64,000 nt of DNA from Mobula birostris (taxonomy: Eukaryota). Shown here one piece after another: positions 1 through 12,926 of this stretch. The translations under genes were made by a program, and so were the position numbers. How positions within the stretch are numbered: the first letter of the stretch is position 1; each line of letters opens with the position of its first letter. The DNA is taken from the NCBI RefSeq assembly GCF_030028105.1, contig NC_092370.1, forward strand, positions 174,974,647-175,038,646. Direction: 5' to 3'. The notes under the pieces are model-generated. The model searched no databases, had not been told where the DNA came from, and worked only from the letters and a program-made list of their open reading frames with translations.

Positions 1-1393
1 CATGCCTGTGAGCGTCTGTGCTTTATGTCGATTTATTTTGAGCATCCGTTAGCAAGATGAGTTCTAAGGTATCAGAAAAGCCTAAAAGAGCTCGTAAGGG
101 TGTTACACTTAGCGTAAAACTAGACATAATTAAGCATTTCGATCGTGGTGAACGAAGTAAGGACAAAGTGAGTTTGGTTTGTGCAAGTTGACGAAGATGA
201 TGTTGAAGAGGTTGGCATCCCATGACCAAGAACTGATAGATGAAGAGCTGATGCAATTGGAAGAGGAAAGGATAACAATCAAAACCGAATGCAGTAGCGA
301 ACAGACTGAAAGAGAAGTCGTCCAGGAACTGAACGTGAAGCAACTGCGTGAGATTTTCGCTGCAATGATTGCAGAAAAGTATGACTTTTATTTTGAAAGG
401 GTACGTAGGTTTAGGGCATATTTGCAGGATGGTTTGAGTGCTTACAAAGAACTGTATGATAGGAAAATGCGCGAGGCTAAGCAGTCAAGCAAGCCTTCCA
501 ATCAGCCACAGCAGACGACGAACCTCGACCTTCGACATCGAGGCAGGCAGACATGAAGATGACCTGCCTGCCCTGATGGAAACTGATGACGATGAGATGA
601 CACCCCAGTGTCCCACCACCCCAACATCCGGGTCGCGGACCGATACCGGGCTGCGAAGAATGCAGCAGTAGCTGGGACGCACCCAGCACATCATTAAGAA
701 AAAAGCCGAAATAAACAAGCTAATTAATTAGGTGCGGCCCGGCACGTAAATAATTAGCTTGTTTATTTTGGCGTTTTTCTTAAAGATGTGCTGGATGCGT
801 CCCGGCTACTGCTGCACCACTGTATGCTTCGCGGATCAGTATCGGTCCGCGGCCTGGAGGTTGGGGACCACTGCACCACCCCGATCTCTGATGACTCAGC
901 CTAACACACCATCATCAGTGTGCTCGACGCTGTCTTTCCTATTCCGGTAAGTGATACTACACTGTACATACATTATTTCTACTTTATATAGGCTGTGTAT
1001 TTTTATGTGCTATTTGGTATGATTTGGCAGCTTCATTTCTTAAAGGTTACTGGAGAGAGTGTTTCTGCTGAGAGCGCTTGCGCCGTGTTTCTGTCGAAAG
1101 TGCTTGCGCGAGATTTTCGCTACAGTGGCCAGTGCAGCAATGATTGTAGGAAAGTATTTCTACTTTATATAGGCTGTGTATTTATCATATCAACCGTGCT
1201 TTTACTATATGTTACTGTTATTCTAGGTTTTATGTGTTATTTGGCATGATTTGGTAGGTTATTATTTGGGTCTGCGAACGCTCACAAATTTTTCCCATAT
1301 AAATAAATGGTAATTGCTTCTTCATGTTACGACATTCTGGCTTACGAACCATTTCATAGGAACGCTCTACCTTCAGATGGCGGGGGAAACCTG
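1..1393 (+). mobile_element. Internally deleted Tigger/pogo DNA transposon (left end outside window)
   Basis: ATG at 57 encodes MSSKVSEKPKRARKGVTLSVKLDIIKHFDRGE, a psq-type HTH N-terminus. ORF 179-556 resembles a Tigger C-terminus (..HDQELIDEELMQLEE..YKELY..). A right-TIR-like end ...GGCGGGGGAAACCTG is followed by TA at 1394-1395. Confidence 0.75.
606..873. mobile_element. Palindromic hAT/Charlie-like MITE nested in the Tigger
   Basis: Arms of about 120 bp are inverted repeats: CCCCAAC..CGCGGACCGATAC..AATAAACAAGCTAATT versus AATTAGCTTGTTTATT..GTATCGGTCCGCG..GTTGGGGACCACTG. The terminus resembles that of the Charlie element at 47777-49741. Confidence 0.7.
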
Positions 1394-1395
1394 TA

Positions 1396-2109
1396 CCCAG
1401 GCAAGAGTTGTTGTCTGCACAGTCTCTCCCATCTCAGCCACTGAAGCTTGCATCTCCTCCAGAGTTGTCATAGGTCTCTTGGTGGCCTCCTTCACCAGTC
1501 CCCTTCTTGCACAGTCACTCAGATTTTGAGGACGGTCTGCTGTAAGCAGATTTACAGCTGTGCCATATTCTTTCCATTTCTTGATGATTGACTTAACTGT
1601 ACTCCAAGGGATATTCAGTGACTTAGAGATTTTCTTGTGTCCATCTCCTGACTTGTGCTTTTCAATAACCTTTTCGCGGAGTTGCTTGGAGTATTCTTTT
1701 GGCTTCATGCTGTAGCTTTTGCCAGGATACTGACTCACCAGCAGTTGGACCTTCCAGATACATGTGTATTTTTACTGCAGTCAATTGAAACACCTTGACT
1801 GCACATCAGTTTATCTCCATTTAATTAATTATGCGACTTCTAAAAGCAATTGGCTACGCCAATGATGATTTAGTGTGTCATATTAAAGGGGGTAAATATG
1901 TACTTATAAAATCAATTATTTTGTGTTTTATATTTGTAATTAATTTACATCACTTTGTCTGTTGTCACTTTGACACGAAAGAATCTTTTTCTGTTGATCA
2001 GTGTCAAAAAGCCAAATTAAATCTGCTGTGATTCAGTGTTGAAAAACAATATAACATGAAAGCTTCTGTGGGGGGGCGGGTAGTGAATGAATTCTTTTTA
2101 TAGGCACTG
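1396..2109 (-). mobile_element. Tc1-like transposon, 5' part (paired-like HTH region)
   Basis: ORF 1373-1738(-) encodes ..LREKVIEKHKSGDGHKKISKSLNIPWSTVKSIIKKWKEYGT.. A TIR end CAGTGCCTATAAAAAG (reverse) lies at 2109 with flanking TA. The element is cut at a TA by the Tigger. Confidence 0.85.
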
Positions 2110-2279
2110 TATCTTTTCTGTGCCTCTTCTGATTTAATCATATCCTTTCTATAGCATATAGATCAGAATTGCACCCAGAACCCTTAAGTGCAATCTCATC
2201 AATGGACAGCTATGCCCCAAGTCTTGAACTCAGAGTCCTGACTGATAAAGGCATACGCCTTTTTCACAACTCTGTTTCA

Positions 2280-2542
2280 GAGAATTATGTACTTATTGCC
2301 TTTGTCAATGCCTTCTTGGTCACCATTTCAAAAATTCAAACAAATTTATGAGATAAGATTACCCATATACAAGGCCAAGATGACTATCCCTAATTGGTTT
2401 ATGCCTTTTCAAATGCAGATTGATCCTATCTCTTAGTATCTGCCCTACCCCCCCCCCCCCCAAGTAAGTTTCTCACCACTGATACTAGGTTCATCAGCCT
2501 GTAGCTTTCTGCCTTGACCTTGCAGGCATTTTTAAATAAGGG
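2280..2542 (-). mobile_element. Old CR1 LINE RT fragment
   Basis: The reverse strand resembles the CR1 PLFK..YRxxxLxSVV region; heavily degraded. Confidence 0.5.
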
Positions 2543-3321
2543 TGCTGTGAGGGGATCCAGGAGTGCACCTATTAATTGTTTAGAGAGAGACATTCATCAC
2601 TGATGGTTTGTTTGGAAAGGAGAGAGAGGCAGGGTTATTTACCACCGATATGTTGCTTTTGAAAAGAGAGAGAGAGAGACTGTCACTTTAAGGCATTGGA
2701 AGTAACTTTGGATTTTTACTGTGTTTGTGGTTGGAGACACCAACAACTAATCTTTCAATATAGTGAAGGAGGGAGGGTTTACTTGCCTGGAGTATTAGTA
2801 ATTTTCACACGGATGTTTTTCTCAAGGAGCTGAACCATTGACCTTAGTGCAAGTCAGATGATCCTCTCCACGCTCCATTCATTAACATAGTTTACCGAAA
2901 ATCTTATAAGAGAGTTCAGATGACACATAAGAGTCCCCTACATTCTGTTACACTGTCAATAATGCAACAGTAATAATCATAATGAACCTCTGATCAATTG
3001 ATTTGCTACAACATGTATGTATTTTTTTCTGAGTGGCATATTTCTTACAGAACTGTGACCTATACACAAAATATACATTTCCAGGGAGCAGCTTCACTTG
3101 GTAGGTTTAAACATTGGTTGAGATTTTGCACTGACAGCATTTTAACCATTGCAGGCGAGAGTAATGCCATCATACTGCATTGATCAGATCAGGAGATGCA
3201 CGGAGAAACTAACATTTTAAACCAGTGATATCTACAATAATTCAGCAGTGACTGACCCTTCATGAATCTGCAAGTGAGGTTCTTCTTCAGCCAAAATACT
3301 GCTTAACCATTTCAAAATATA

Positions 3322-4307
3322 CAGTGGCATGCGAAAGTTTGGGCACTCCTGGTCAAAATTTCTGTTACTGTGAATAGCTAAGCGAGTAAAAGATGAACTG
3401 ATTTCCAAAAGGCATGAAGTTAAAGATGACACATTTCTTTAATATTTTAAGCAAGAAAACTTTTTTTTCCATCTTTTACAGTTTCAAAATAACAAATAAG
3501 GAAAAGGGCCCGAAGCAAAAGCTTGGGTACCCTGCATGGCAGTACTTAGTAAAACCCCCTTTGGCAAGTCTCACAGCTTGTAAATGCTTTTTGTAGCCAG
3601 CTAAGAGTCTTCCAATTCTTGTTTGGGGGATTTTTGCCCATTCTTCCTTGCAAAAGGCTACTCATTCTGTAAGATTGTTGGGCCGTCTTGCATGCACTGC
3701 TCTTTTGATGTCTATCCACAGATTCCTCATGATGTTTAGGTCAGGGGACTGTGAGGGCCGTGGCAAAACTTTCAGCTTACGCCTCATAAGGTAGTCCATT
3801 GTGGATTTTGAGGTGTGTTTAGGTTCATTATACTGTTGTAGAAGCCATCCTCTTTACATCTTCGGCTTTTTTTTACAGATGGTGTGATGTTTGCTTCCAG
3901 AATTTGCTAGTATTTAATTGAATTCATTCTTCCCTCTACCAGTAAATGTTCCCCGTGCCACTGGCTGCAACACAAGCCCAAAGCATGATCGATCCACTCC
4001 GGTGCTTAAACAGCTGGAGAGGGGTTCCTTTCATGAAATTCTGCACCCTTTTTGCTCCAAACATGCCTTTGCTCATTGCGGCCAAAAGGTTCTATTCAGA
4101 AGGTTCAGAGGAACATCTAATCAAGCCTGATGCAGTTTGGAAACAAGTCCTGTGGACTGATGAAGTTAAAAGGGAAGAATGAATTCAATAAAGAAATGTG
4201 TCATCTTTAACTTTATGCCTTTTGGAAATCAGTTCATCTTTTACTCGCTTAGCTATTCACAATAACAGAAATTTTGACCGGGGTGTCCAAATCTTTGCAT
4301 GCCTCTG
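3322..4307 (-). mobile_element. Internally deleted Tc1-like transposon with both TIRs
   Basis: TA-CAGTGGCATGCGAAAGTTTGGG ... CCAAATCTTTGCATGCCTCTG-TA, with inverted repeats over 100 bp. The minus strand carries a DDE remnant (SIMLWACVAASGTG). A short WKQVLWTDE segment is on the plus strand. Confidence 0.9.
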
Positions 4308-4845
4308 TACGTATGGCTGAAGGGAAGTGGTACAAGTAGTAGAAATACGATTTCACTCATCTCACAACTATCAGGTGTGATCATGTTTTCTGCAAATGCA
4401 ATTGCTTTTGTCTAATACTCTCTCACCTGTTTCTCCCACTCTGAATTTCTCTCATGAAAGTTGTTTAAAGAATGGGATATGTAGAGCAAATGTTTCATTC
4501 CTGCATGCCACCTTTCATTCTCTTTCCCTTTTTTTCCAAAGTCTCTCCCACAGATGTTGTTTTAATAATTGTAGTAATGGTAGATCAAGCATGGGAGAAT
4601 AATTGTCAGAGTGTAATCAGTTTGCATCGTGAGCTCTCTGCAAGTCTTACTAGAATAAAATGCCAGCTATGACTAGTCAAGTTATTTGACTATCATGCAC
4701 CATTTTAGTGGGATATTAATGGAAAAACTTCTCTCACTGTCTAGAAAGTCAGGATTGTACATGTCCATGCAGAATTCATGAGATTAGCTAACATTTTAAA
4801 AGAGACCTCACAGATTACGAAGTAATGCAAACTGTTGTCACACTA

Positions 4846-6055
4846 TAAGACCATAAGATATAGGAGAAGAAGTAGGCCATTTGGCACATCGAGTCTGCTC
4901 TGCCATTCAATCATGGGCTGAGCTAATTATTCCAGTCATCCCCACTCCCCTGCTTTCACTTCATACCCCTTGATTCCCTGGCTGTACAAGAATCTATCCA
5001 TCTCTGCCTTAAGTACACCCAATGACTGTGGCCTCCACAGCCGTTCGTGGCTACAAATTCCACAGATTTACCACCTTCTGACTAAAGTAATTTCTCCTCA
5101 GCTCAGTTCTAAATGGACATCCTTCAATCCTGAAGTCGTGCCCGCTTGTCCTAGAATCTCCTACCATGGGAAATAATTTTGCCATATCTAATCTGCTCAG
5201 GCCTTTTAACATTTGGAATGTTTCTATGAGGTCCCCACTCATTCTCCTGAACTCCAGGGAATACATCCCAAGAGCTGCCAGATGTTCCTCAAATGGTAAC
5301 CCTTTCATTGCTGGAATCATTCTTGTGTATCTTCACTGAACCCTCTCCAATGACAGTACATCCTTTCTAAAATAAGGAGCCCAAAACTGCACAAAATACT
5401 CCAAGTGTGATCTCATGAGTGCCTTATAGAGCCTCAACATCACATCCCTGCTCTTCTTCACCACTGACTCAACCAGGAGGTTAACCTTTACGGTATCCTG
5501 CACAAGAACTCCCAAGTCCCTTTGCATCCCTGCATTTTGAATTCTCTCCCCATCTAAATAATAGTCTGCTCGTTTATTTCTTCCACCAAAGTGCATGACC
5601 ATATACTTTCCACCATTGTATTTTATTTGCCACTTCTTTGCCCATTCCCCTAAACTATCTAAGTCTCCCTGCAGGCTCTCTGTTTCCTCAACACTACCCA
5701 CTCCACCTATCATTGTATCATCGGCAAATTTAGCCACAAATCCATTAACAGCGTAGTCCAAATCATTGACGTACATCATAAAAAGCAGCAGTCCCAACAC
5801 TGACCCCTGTGGAACTCCACTGGTAACTGGCAGCGAGCCAGAATAGGATCCCTTTATTCCCACTCTCTGTTTTCTGCTGACCAGCCAACGCTCCACCCAC
5901 ACTATTAACTTCCCTGTAATTCCATGGGCTTCTTACCTTGCTAAGCAGCTTCATGTGCGGCACTTTGTCAAAGGTCTTCTGAAAATCCAAGTACACCACA
6001 TCTACTGCATCTCCTTTGTCTACCCTGCTTGTAATTTCCTCAAAGAATTGCAGTA
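4846..6055 (-). mobile_element. CR1 LINE, 5'-truncated (RT plus 3' end)
   Basis: ORFs 5763-6071, 5333-5902 and 5051-5320 encode VDVVYLDFQKTFDKVPH, SGVPQGSVLG, KFADDT and QFWAPY. The 3' tail is seen on + as ATAAGACCATAAGA. Confidence 0.93.
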
Positions 6056-6852
6056 TGTCACCTCTTTTCACATTTTATGGCCAAAATGTTGTTTTTGTCT
6101 TGAGAATTGTTTGAAGCACAATGAAATCAAATTAGACATAACTGGAAAATCATAGCATTTTTCTTGAAAATTATACACCCAAGTTCCTTTACTGTATGAC
6201 AACCATGTAATTGGATTTCAGTAACTGTTGTATTCCCTACATGGCTTCATTCTGACTGCTGGAAGACTGCTTCCTTTCACTATTAGCTAGATAATGTCCT
6301 TGATAAGTCATGAAACTCTTGCCTTAGGTGGGCTAGCGTTAGTCTGCTGTCTGAGGCCTACTGAAGCTGCAGTCCAGGGTGGCTAACTGTGGGGTGCAGG
6401 TAAGGGTGGTGCCTGAGAGACTATGTTGGGAGGTGGCTTCATGTAGTCTGGTGAGAGAGGGAAATTGTTTTGAATCTGTAGATCTGGCAACTTCTCAGGA
6501 GACAATGATGCAACGTTACAAATAGGATTTATAAAACACTGGCATTCTTTCAATCTCCAGAAACAGAATTGAGCAGACTCACAGACCCCAGCGTCACACT
6601 TGTTTACACTTCAAACAGTCTGCTGTCTTCCCTGTCTTGCAGTAATCTGCACAGGACTGTTCATAATGAAGAGGTGTATGAATATGCAGGGTACATCTCT
6701 GCTCCAGCAGGAAAGAGCTACATATGTTCTCATCCTCCTCCTTTAGGACAATGCTCCACTCATGAATGCCTTCACCATGCTGATTGCAGCAAAGCATTGT
6801 AGTGCACCATTTGTTTCAGGAGAACTATTGCCTCATGTTCAATTTAAAAACG

Positions 6853-6960
6853 CAAACATGAGGAAATCTGCAGATGCTGGAAATTCAAGCACCACACATA
6901 AAAAATGCTGATGAGCTGCCTGACCTGCTGCGTTCACCAGCATTTTTTATGTGTGTTGCC
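6853..6960. mobile_element. Short fold-back Penelope-like terminal fragment
   Basis: TCTGCAGATGCTGGAAATTCAAGCACCACACATAAAAAATGCTG ... CAGCATTTTTTATGTGTGTTGC. This is the same terminal motif as at 12927 and 57311. Confidence 0.7.
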
Positions 6961-8062
6961 TCATGTTCAATGTTCTATTGTAGAATGCGTAGTTGCTCAT
7001 GCATTCCCAATCAGAAAAGTCTGGACTTTCCTGCTCTTCCCTATAGCTCCTTATATTCCTGGTTCTTTTTATCCGTGGCAGTTACTAGGTATATGGCTGC
7101 TAAGGGGAATGTGCCTTGCTGATGCCCTTCTTTTTGCTCACTGTACAGCAAAGTGCTAAATTCAGTGTGGTCCAATGAGAACTGTGCAAGTCCCTTTACA
7201 AAACTTCCTTTTGAATGTAAGTCAAGCTAATAGATGTTTAAATTTGTTCTTAACCAATTTCTCAAAACTTTCTTTGAGTGTGACCATTTAAACACTAATG
7301 TTAAATGCAGCACTGTATTAGCGCACAGAAATAAATGCAGTCCAATCTCTGGATAATGGTGGAAGTGTGCTTGTAGGGAAAGTGACTGTACTAATCAGAA
7401 GGCTGCTCAATGCACTGAATATTTAGATATTAAAACAATTAGAAAAAAAGCATCTCATACTGATTTAAATTCATGTATAGCGCAAAACTAGTTAAATTTA
7501 ATATACTCTTACTTCTGTTTCCTACTGATGTCATTATTTTGTAGTTTACATTCGTGTCCTTCCTTTATGCCTTTTCCTTTGTCATGGATTGATTTTTTAA
7601 GCAGCAGCCATTTCAAATCAACAAAAGGTTTTCATTGCCGTGCCAGTGAAAACTTATTATAAAGTCAGCTACTAACTTGTTGAAAGCTGAGTTCAAAGCC
7701 TAGAGAGAGTAGTAATTTCTGAGTAAGTTTTTTCTCATCATTCTATGTGCACCTATTTTAATAGAGCTTGTCTTCTAATTCAAGATTTTTAATGTAGAAA
7801 ATATCTGAATAAGTTAATAAACTAAAGTAAATGTTAATATACGCAGCATAAAAGGTCCAGCTTTATAATCTTTGTCAGCACTTAAATAAATGAAAATTCA
7901 TTGCAGCAAACCAATCACTAAAATTGGAACTGGAAAAGTAGCAAATATACATGTTAGCAATGCTGGAGGAATATGCAAGCAGTTGCTCCCTGAGGTGTTA
8001 TTTGCACCACAATCACTCTAAATAAATCACTCTAAGGTGCTTTAGTGCAGAGAAGTAATATA

Positions 8063-8509
8063 CAAGAGCTGATTGATAAGTTCGTGGCCTAAGGTAGCAC
8101 ATTTATTTTTCTACATGCCTCCCTCTACATTTACACACGTAGTTGAGTGGTCGTGGAGCGGATCTTGGACCTCCAGAAAGTGTCCACAGCAGGGGTGATT
8201 GATAAGTTTGTGGCCTAAGGTGGAAGGAGATGAGTTATTAACTTCAAACTTTCTGCATAACCACTCAAAGAGTTGACCTGCATGTGCATGTAACGAGAGC
8301 TGTATAACTCATCTCCTTCTACCTTAGACCACAAACTTATCAATCACCCATCTGTGGATATTTTCTGGAGGTCCAAGATCTGTATGCTCCAAGACTGCTT
8401 GACTAAGTGTGTAAAATGTTGGAGGGGACTATATTGAAAAATAAGTGTGCTAGGTTTTCTGAAATTGACACCTTCTACCTTAGGCCACAAACTTATCAAT
8501 CACCCCTCA
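8063..8509. mobile_element. Mariner-type MITE with a doubled, nested TIR pair
   Basis: TA-flanked. The motif GATTGATAAGTTnGTGGCCTAAGGT occurs at about 8071 and 8197, and its reverse complement at about 8320 and 8476. The whole element is palindromic. Confidence 0.8.
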
Positions 8510-8989
8510 TACTTGTGTGGAAACTATAACTGACTTAATAAGTGACTAACGTACTCCAGTGTCTGCTAGTCTGAGCCAGGGACTGGAGGCTGGAGGCCCA
8601 ATGTCTGCTAGTCTGAGTCCGAGGATAAGAACTGCAGTGAGAGGCCTGGAGGAAGCTTGCCTTGTAATTGGAGGCCTGCCTGTTTGTGTGAGTGAATGGA
8701 TGGGAGGGTGGGAAAGAGAATTGTCTTGCTCTTATTGGTTTTGTTATTGTCAATGTGTTGCTTGTGTTCTGTTGAACATTATGGTCAGTATATGTTGGTG
8801 CATATCTTTGGGTTGTGTTGGTTGTTAATGCAAAGAATGCATTTCATTGTATGTTTTGATGTGCATATGATAAATAAATGAACCTGTGTAAATTTCTGAA
8901 ACATATTTGGAGAAAATATTAAATATTTTAATATGTGGATAAGACCACAGAACTTGAATAGACCAACCCCCAGCTGCAATAGGAAGCAA

Positions 8990-9460
8990 GGGAGAAGATT
9001 GCTGTGCTCAGAAAAAGATCTTTAAATCTTTAGTCATCACAAGTGAACTGCCAGCTGACTGAAGGACAACAGTTGTGCTGTCTTTATTCAAGAAGGCCAA
9101 CTAAAATGAACCTGCAAACTCCCCACAAGGCTAATATTTGTGAGAGGATGTTGTTGGAAAAATTAAAGGGACAGGATTAATCTTTACTTTTTTAAGCAGG
9201 AAATTAATCAAGGATAGTCAGTTTGGCTTTGTTAGTCAGATTTCTGTCTGACCAGTTTGACAGAATGTTTCAAAAAGTTAAGAAAATACATTAGTTAATG
9301 AGGATAGTGCAGCTGGTGCAAGTTTCACTGACTTAAGTGAATCTTTTCACAAGGTCCCTTGGAGGTTGGTCCAAATGGTTGGAGTCCACACCATCCAAGT
9401 CAAATGGTAAATTAGATCCAAAGTGATGGTGCTGATAGGAAGCAGAGAGCAATGATGGAA
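8990..9460 (+). mobile_element. Old CR1 LINE RT fragment
   Basis: Degenerate LFKK, SQFGFV and F.KVP motifs. Confidence 0.55.
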
Positions 9461-10269
9461 CATCCCTTTTGCATTTGAACGCCAATAGCGTACAACAGTT
9501 CTCAGGCAAGCAACAGGCAAGTCCAGTGCAAAAGTGAAGGACTTGAAAGACAAGTAATAGTTTTAACTTGTCTTGAATAAATTGACATTAAATATTCTGA
9601 ATAAACTACTCAACATAAAGACAAGGTGTTGTTTTGCTTCTGGAGATTTGCTCCTGCGTATGTTTAAGATCTGGAACTGTGGAGAATTTGTAACCTTTTG
9701 GCTGACTTGCAACAATATTGATTGTGATAATATTGTAACAGGTATCATACAATCCTATTGTTTCAATGTTTCCCAGAGAGGTGCAGGGGCCCATTAAGAT
9801 CAGCATTGCTGGCTATGATTCCCAGATTTAATCACCTATGTCTAAAGGCATTCAATTTAATTTTATGAAATGTTCCTACTATTTGAAAATCTTGTTGCTT
9901 CTGTACCTGATTAGCAGATTTTAAATAAAATATTTGACTTTTTGTTTCATTAAGAGATCAATAATCTAATTTATAATCTAAAGAACATAAAGGAATGAAA
10001 AAAAAACTGCTTTGTACTCTTATTTAACAAAAGAACACCAAATAAATATAGCTGAATTAGCAAAGGTTTTACTCATAAAAGGAACTCTAAATTTAAATTT
10101 TCTTCCAAGTTTTCATTTTACAATGTACAAAGAGTTCTTCAAATATAAATAAAATCAAAATCAAAGCTAACTGAGCTCGAGAGTTCAACTTAAACTTGAG
10201 GAACGACCCTTTATTTTCTGACTTTGCATGTTGTAGCTTTGAGAACTCAGCATGGAATTAACAACATTA

Positions 10270-10645
10270 AGTTATCGGCTATCCCAGTCAGTTATTGCAC
10301 GTTTCCAACAAACATTCTCCCTTCTCTCTCCCCTCTTGCTTTTAAAATTTCATTCATCTTTTCATATTTGCTCCCCTTTCAATCCCACTTTTATCACCCT
10401 CTTCCAAACAGCATCATTCATTAGTGTCATTTAATCTCCCCTGTATCCCACTTCCTACCCTTTCATTCTTTCTGCCCTTTCCTTTTTTCTTCAACTTAAA
10501 ACTAGTTTCATTTATATCTTTTTGCAATTTTGAATAAAAGGTAATTGACCGTAAATGTGGATGCTGTCTCTGCACGGACTGATCTACTGAGTATTTCCAG
10601 CATTTTTAGTTTTTATTTTGGATTTTCAGGATCCACAGTATTTTG
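10270..10645 (+). mobile_element. Degenerate Penelope-like 3' region
   Basis: A pyrimidine-rich tract followed by the CTGAGTATTTCCAGCATTTT..GGATTTTCAG..ATC terminal motif. Confidence 0.45.
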
Positions 10646-11519
10646 CTAACTCCATTCTCTTTCTTTAACTGAAGCCCATCTCCTAGGAAATGATGGTTAT
10701 CTCTTGGAGAGAAACCCAAAAACCATCTGTCTACCAGAATAAAATAGCTTATACTAAAGCTTCTCTCACTTCTTTTATTCTGCTCCTTAAAGATTTGTTC
10801 TTAGCACATCCCACTGCCCCCCAGGTACCATTCTTCAAACCACATCTAAAATAGAATAACTTATTAAAATTGTGTAATTTTAAACTCTTCCCCCTTTCTC
10901 CACTAAGAGTCATCTTTAATTTAAAACTTGGGTTTAATATACCACCTATCTTTGACTGATGTAACTGCTCCCTCTCTCTTTCCTCATTTTAGTTTCCTTT
11001 TTTTACTTCCTCCCTTGTTTTGTTTCTTTCTTCACTCTAATCTTTCAGTTCATCCTCAACTGTTTGTGTTCCACTCCCAGTTTAAGTTTCTTGCTTCTTT
11101 ACTGCTAGTTTGTGAATGTTCTCTTTTTTTTGTCCTTTACCCCTCCATTTCCTATGATGTATTTCTTGAGTTCCCGTCCCAACTGTGCATTTTTCTCTTC
11201 ATTCTTCCTCTGTAATTCTGTTCATCCTGTATCTGATTCCTTTGTGTAGTATTTGATGTTGCCAATCATCACTCAATAATTCGGTCCTCTAAGTAAAGAT
11301 GCTGTCGAATCAAGTGGAGTCCTATTGACTCCTTGGCTCCAGTTATGTTATATTTGTGACACTTGTACCATTTGTTGGTTTTGTTCTAAAAATTTCCTGA
11401 TGTTTCCTTATTTAATACCTTGCTGAATTACATTTCAGTTTGCATTTAACATTTCTGACTTTATTTCTTACTCATTTCAAGCTTTTCTGCTGTAGGAGCC
11501 TGTAGTCTGCATTTTGGTA

Positions 11520-12220
11520 ATGTGTTTTTCAAACCAATTGAGCGACCTGGCACTTTGCTGTCTCTGATTCAGTGGGGTTTTGAGCAAAGCATGCTGTCTT
11601 GAGGCCAAAAAGCTTGGAGACAGGGCACACACCCATGCTTGACTCCAGTTCTCGCCAATCTCACTGATTAAAGCACCAAGGAAGATTGAAGATCATTGAG
11701 GCAAAAGCAGAGGGCGAGCGGGTATTTAGTACTGCTGTCAGTCTTTTGCTCCCTGCTCCCGGAGGAGGATCCTGTGTTTGAATGGTCTCTCTCCCTCTTG
11801 CTCAATGCTGCCAGAAGACTGTGCTGGAGTCCTGAGTCTTGGACAAGGTTTAATTGATGCAGTTTGTAGATTGGACTCTGTAGTTCACTTTATGATGTGT
11901 TTTTGGTTGCTCCTTTTTTTGTTGCTATTTTGTGCGAATTTGGTTGGGGTCGCCCGCAGATAGTTAACAACACAGCGTTGGATTGAACTGGGATGAATAT
12001 GCCTGGACTCTTTCTATTTTGTGCTTTTGTTCTGTGTTTTTCGTTAGTTTTTTTTTCCTTTTGTGCAGTTTGTTTTTTTTCTCTGCTTGGGGGTGGGTTT
12101 GATGTTTTCCGTTCCCTGTTATTTTTTTGTTTCGTGGCTGTCTGTGGGAAGACTAATCTCAGGATTGTATACTGCAAATATATTTTGGTAATAAATGTAC
12201 AGTACTTTGAATCTTTGAAC
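11520..12220 (+). mobile_element. Non-LTR retroelement 3' UTR/tail (probably Rex1/Babar-related)
   Basis: Ends ..GACTAATCTCAGGATTGTATA..AATAAATGTA..CTTTGAATCTTTGAA. The same tail occurs in reverse at about 25220, 41296 and 58460. Confidence 0.5.
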
Positions 12221-12299
12221 CTATTTGGACACAGTGGCTGTTGACAATAATTTTGCCATTGACCTCCATTTGCATCCCAGTCAGACAACTTTTGGGCTG

Positions 12300-12442
12300 A
12301 CACCCTTCATCTTAATGACAGGTTTTGGGCCCAAACATTGACTGTTTAATTCCCTCCAAAAATGTTGCCTGCCCAGCTGAATGCCTGCAACATTTTGTGT
12401 ATGTTCCTCAAGATTTCCAGCATCTGCAGAATCTCTTGTGTC
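12300..12442 (+). mobile_element. Degenerate Penelope-like 3' end
   Basis: GGGCCCAAACATTGACTG..GATTTCCAGCATCTGCAGAATCTCTTGTG. Confidence 0.6.
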
Positions 12443-12926
12443 TGTGGTGAAAATAATTACTAGGTCATCCCATAATAACTTGCATATATTTTCAAATAAG
12501 AATGGTGACAGCGATCAGAAATCCACACTACTTTCTGTCTTTATTTTGGTCTTTGTAATCCTCTTTTAAATACATTGCAGGGAAATTGAACTGTGGTGGG
12601 TTTAGCAACACACATAAAAGGTGCTGGTGAAGATTTCCTCGTGGTTGTGTATGGTGGCTTTAGACTATTTTAGGTTAGATGAGAGGCATTGGAGATTCAA
12701 AGTGGTGGATATGAAATGTGCCTGTATATTTGCATGTCACGCCAGATATGATGTTGGTCAAAGCTTTATTTTTAGTATGGATATATCGGTAGATTTTCAG
12801 GCAGTAAAATAATCAAGGCACAATAGGATTGTGTGGGAAAATGTGCTGCTCTTCCGAAATATCATTTTTGATTTTACAATAAAGTTGTAAGGAGCCCAAA
12901 GAAGGGAATACATTTACTTTCAATGG

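Noticed and set aside
2545-2800. GA-rich segment resembling an LTR fragment
   Set aside because: No matching terminus or TSD was found.
6569-6802. Short ORF with an RTE-like HNEEV motif
   Set aside because: Too short and degenerate to call.
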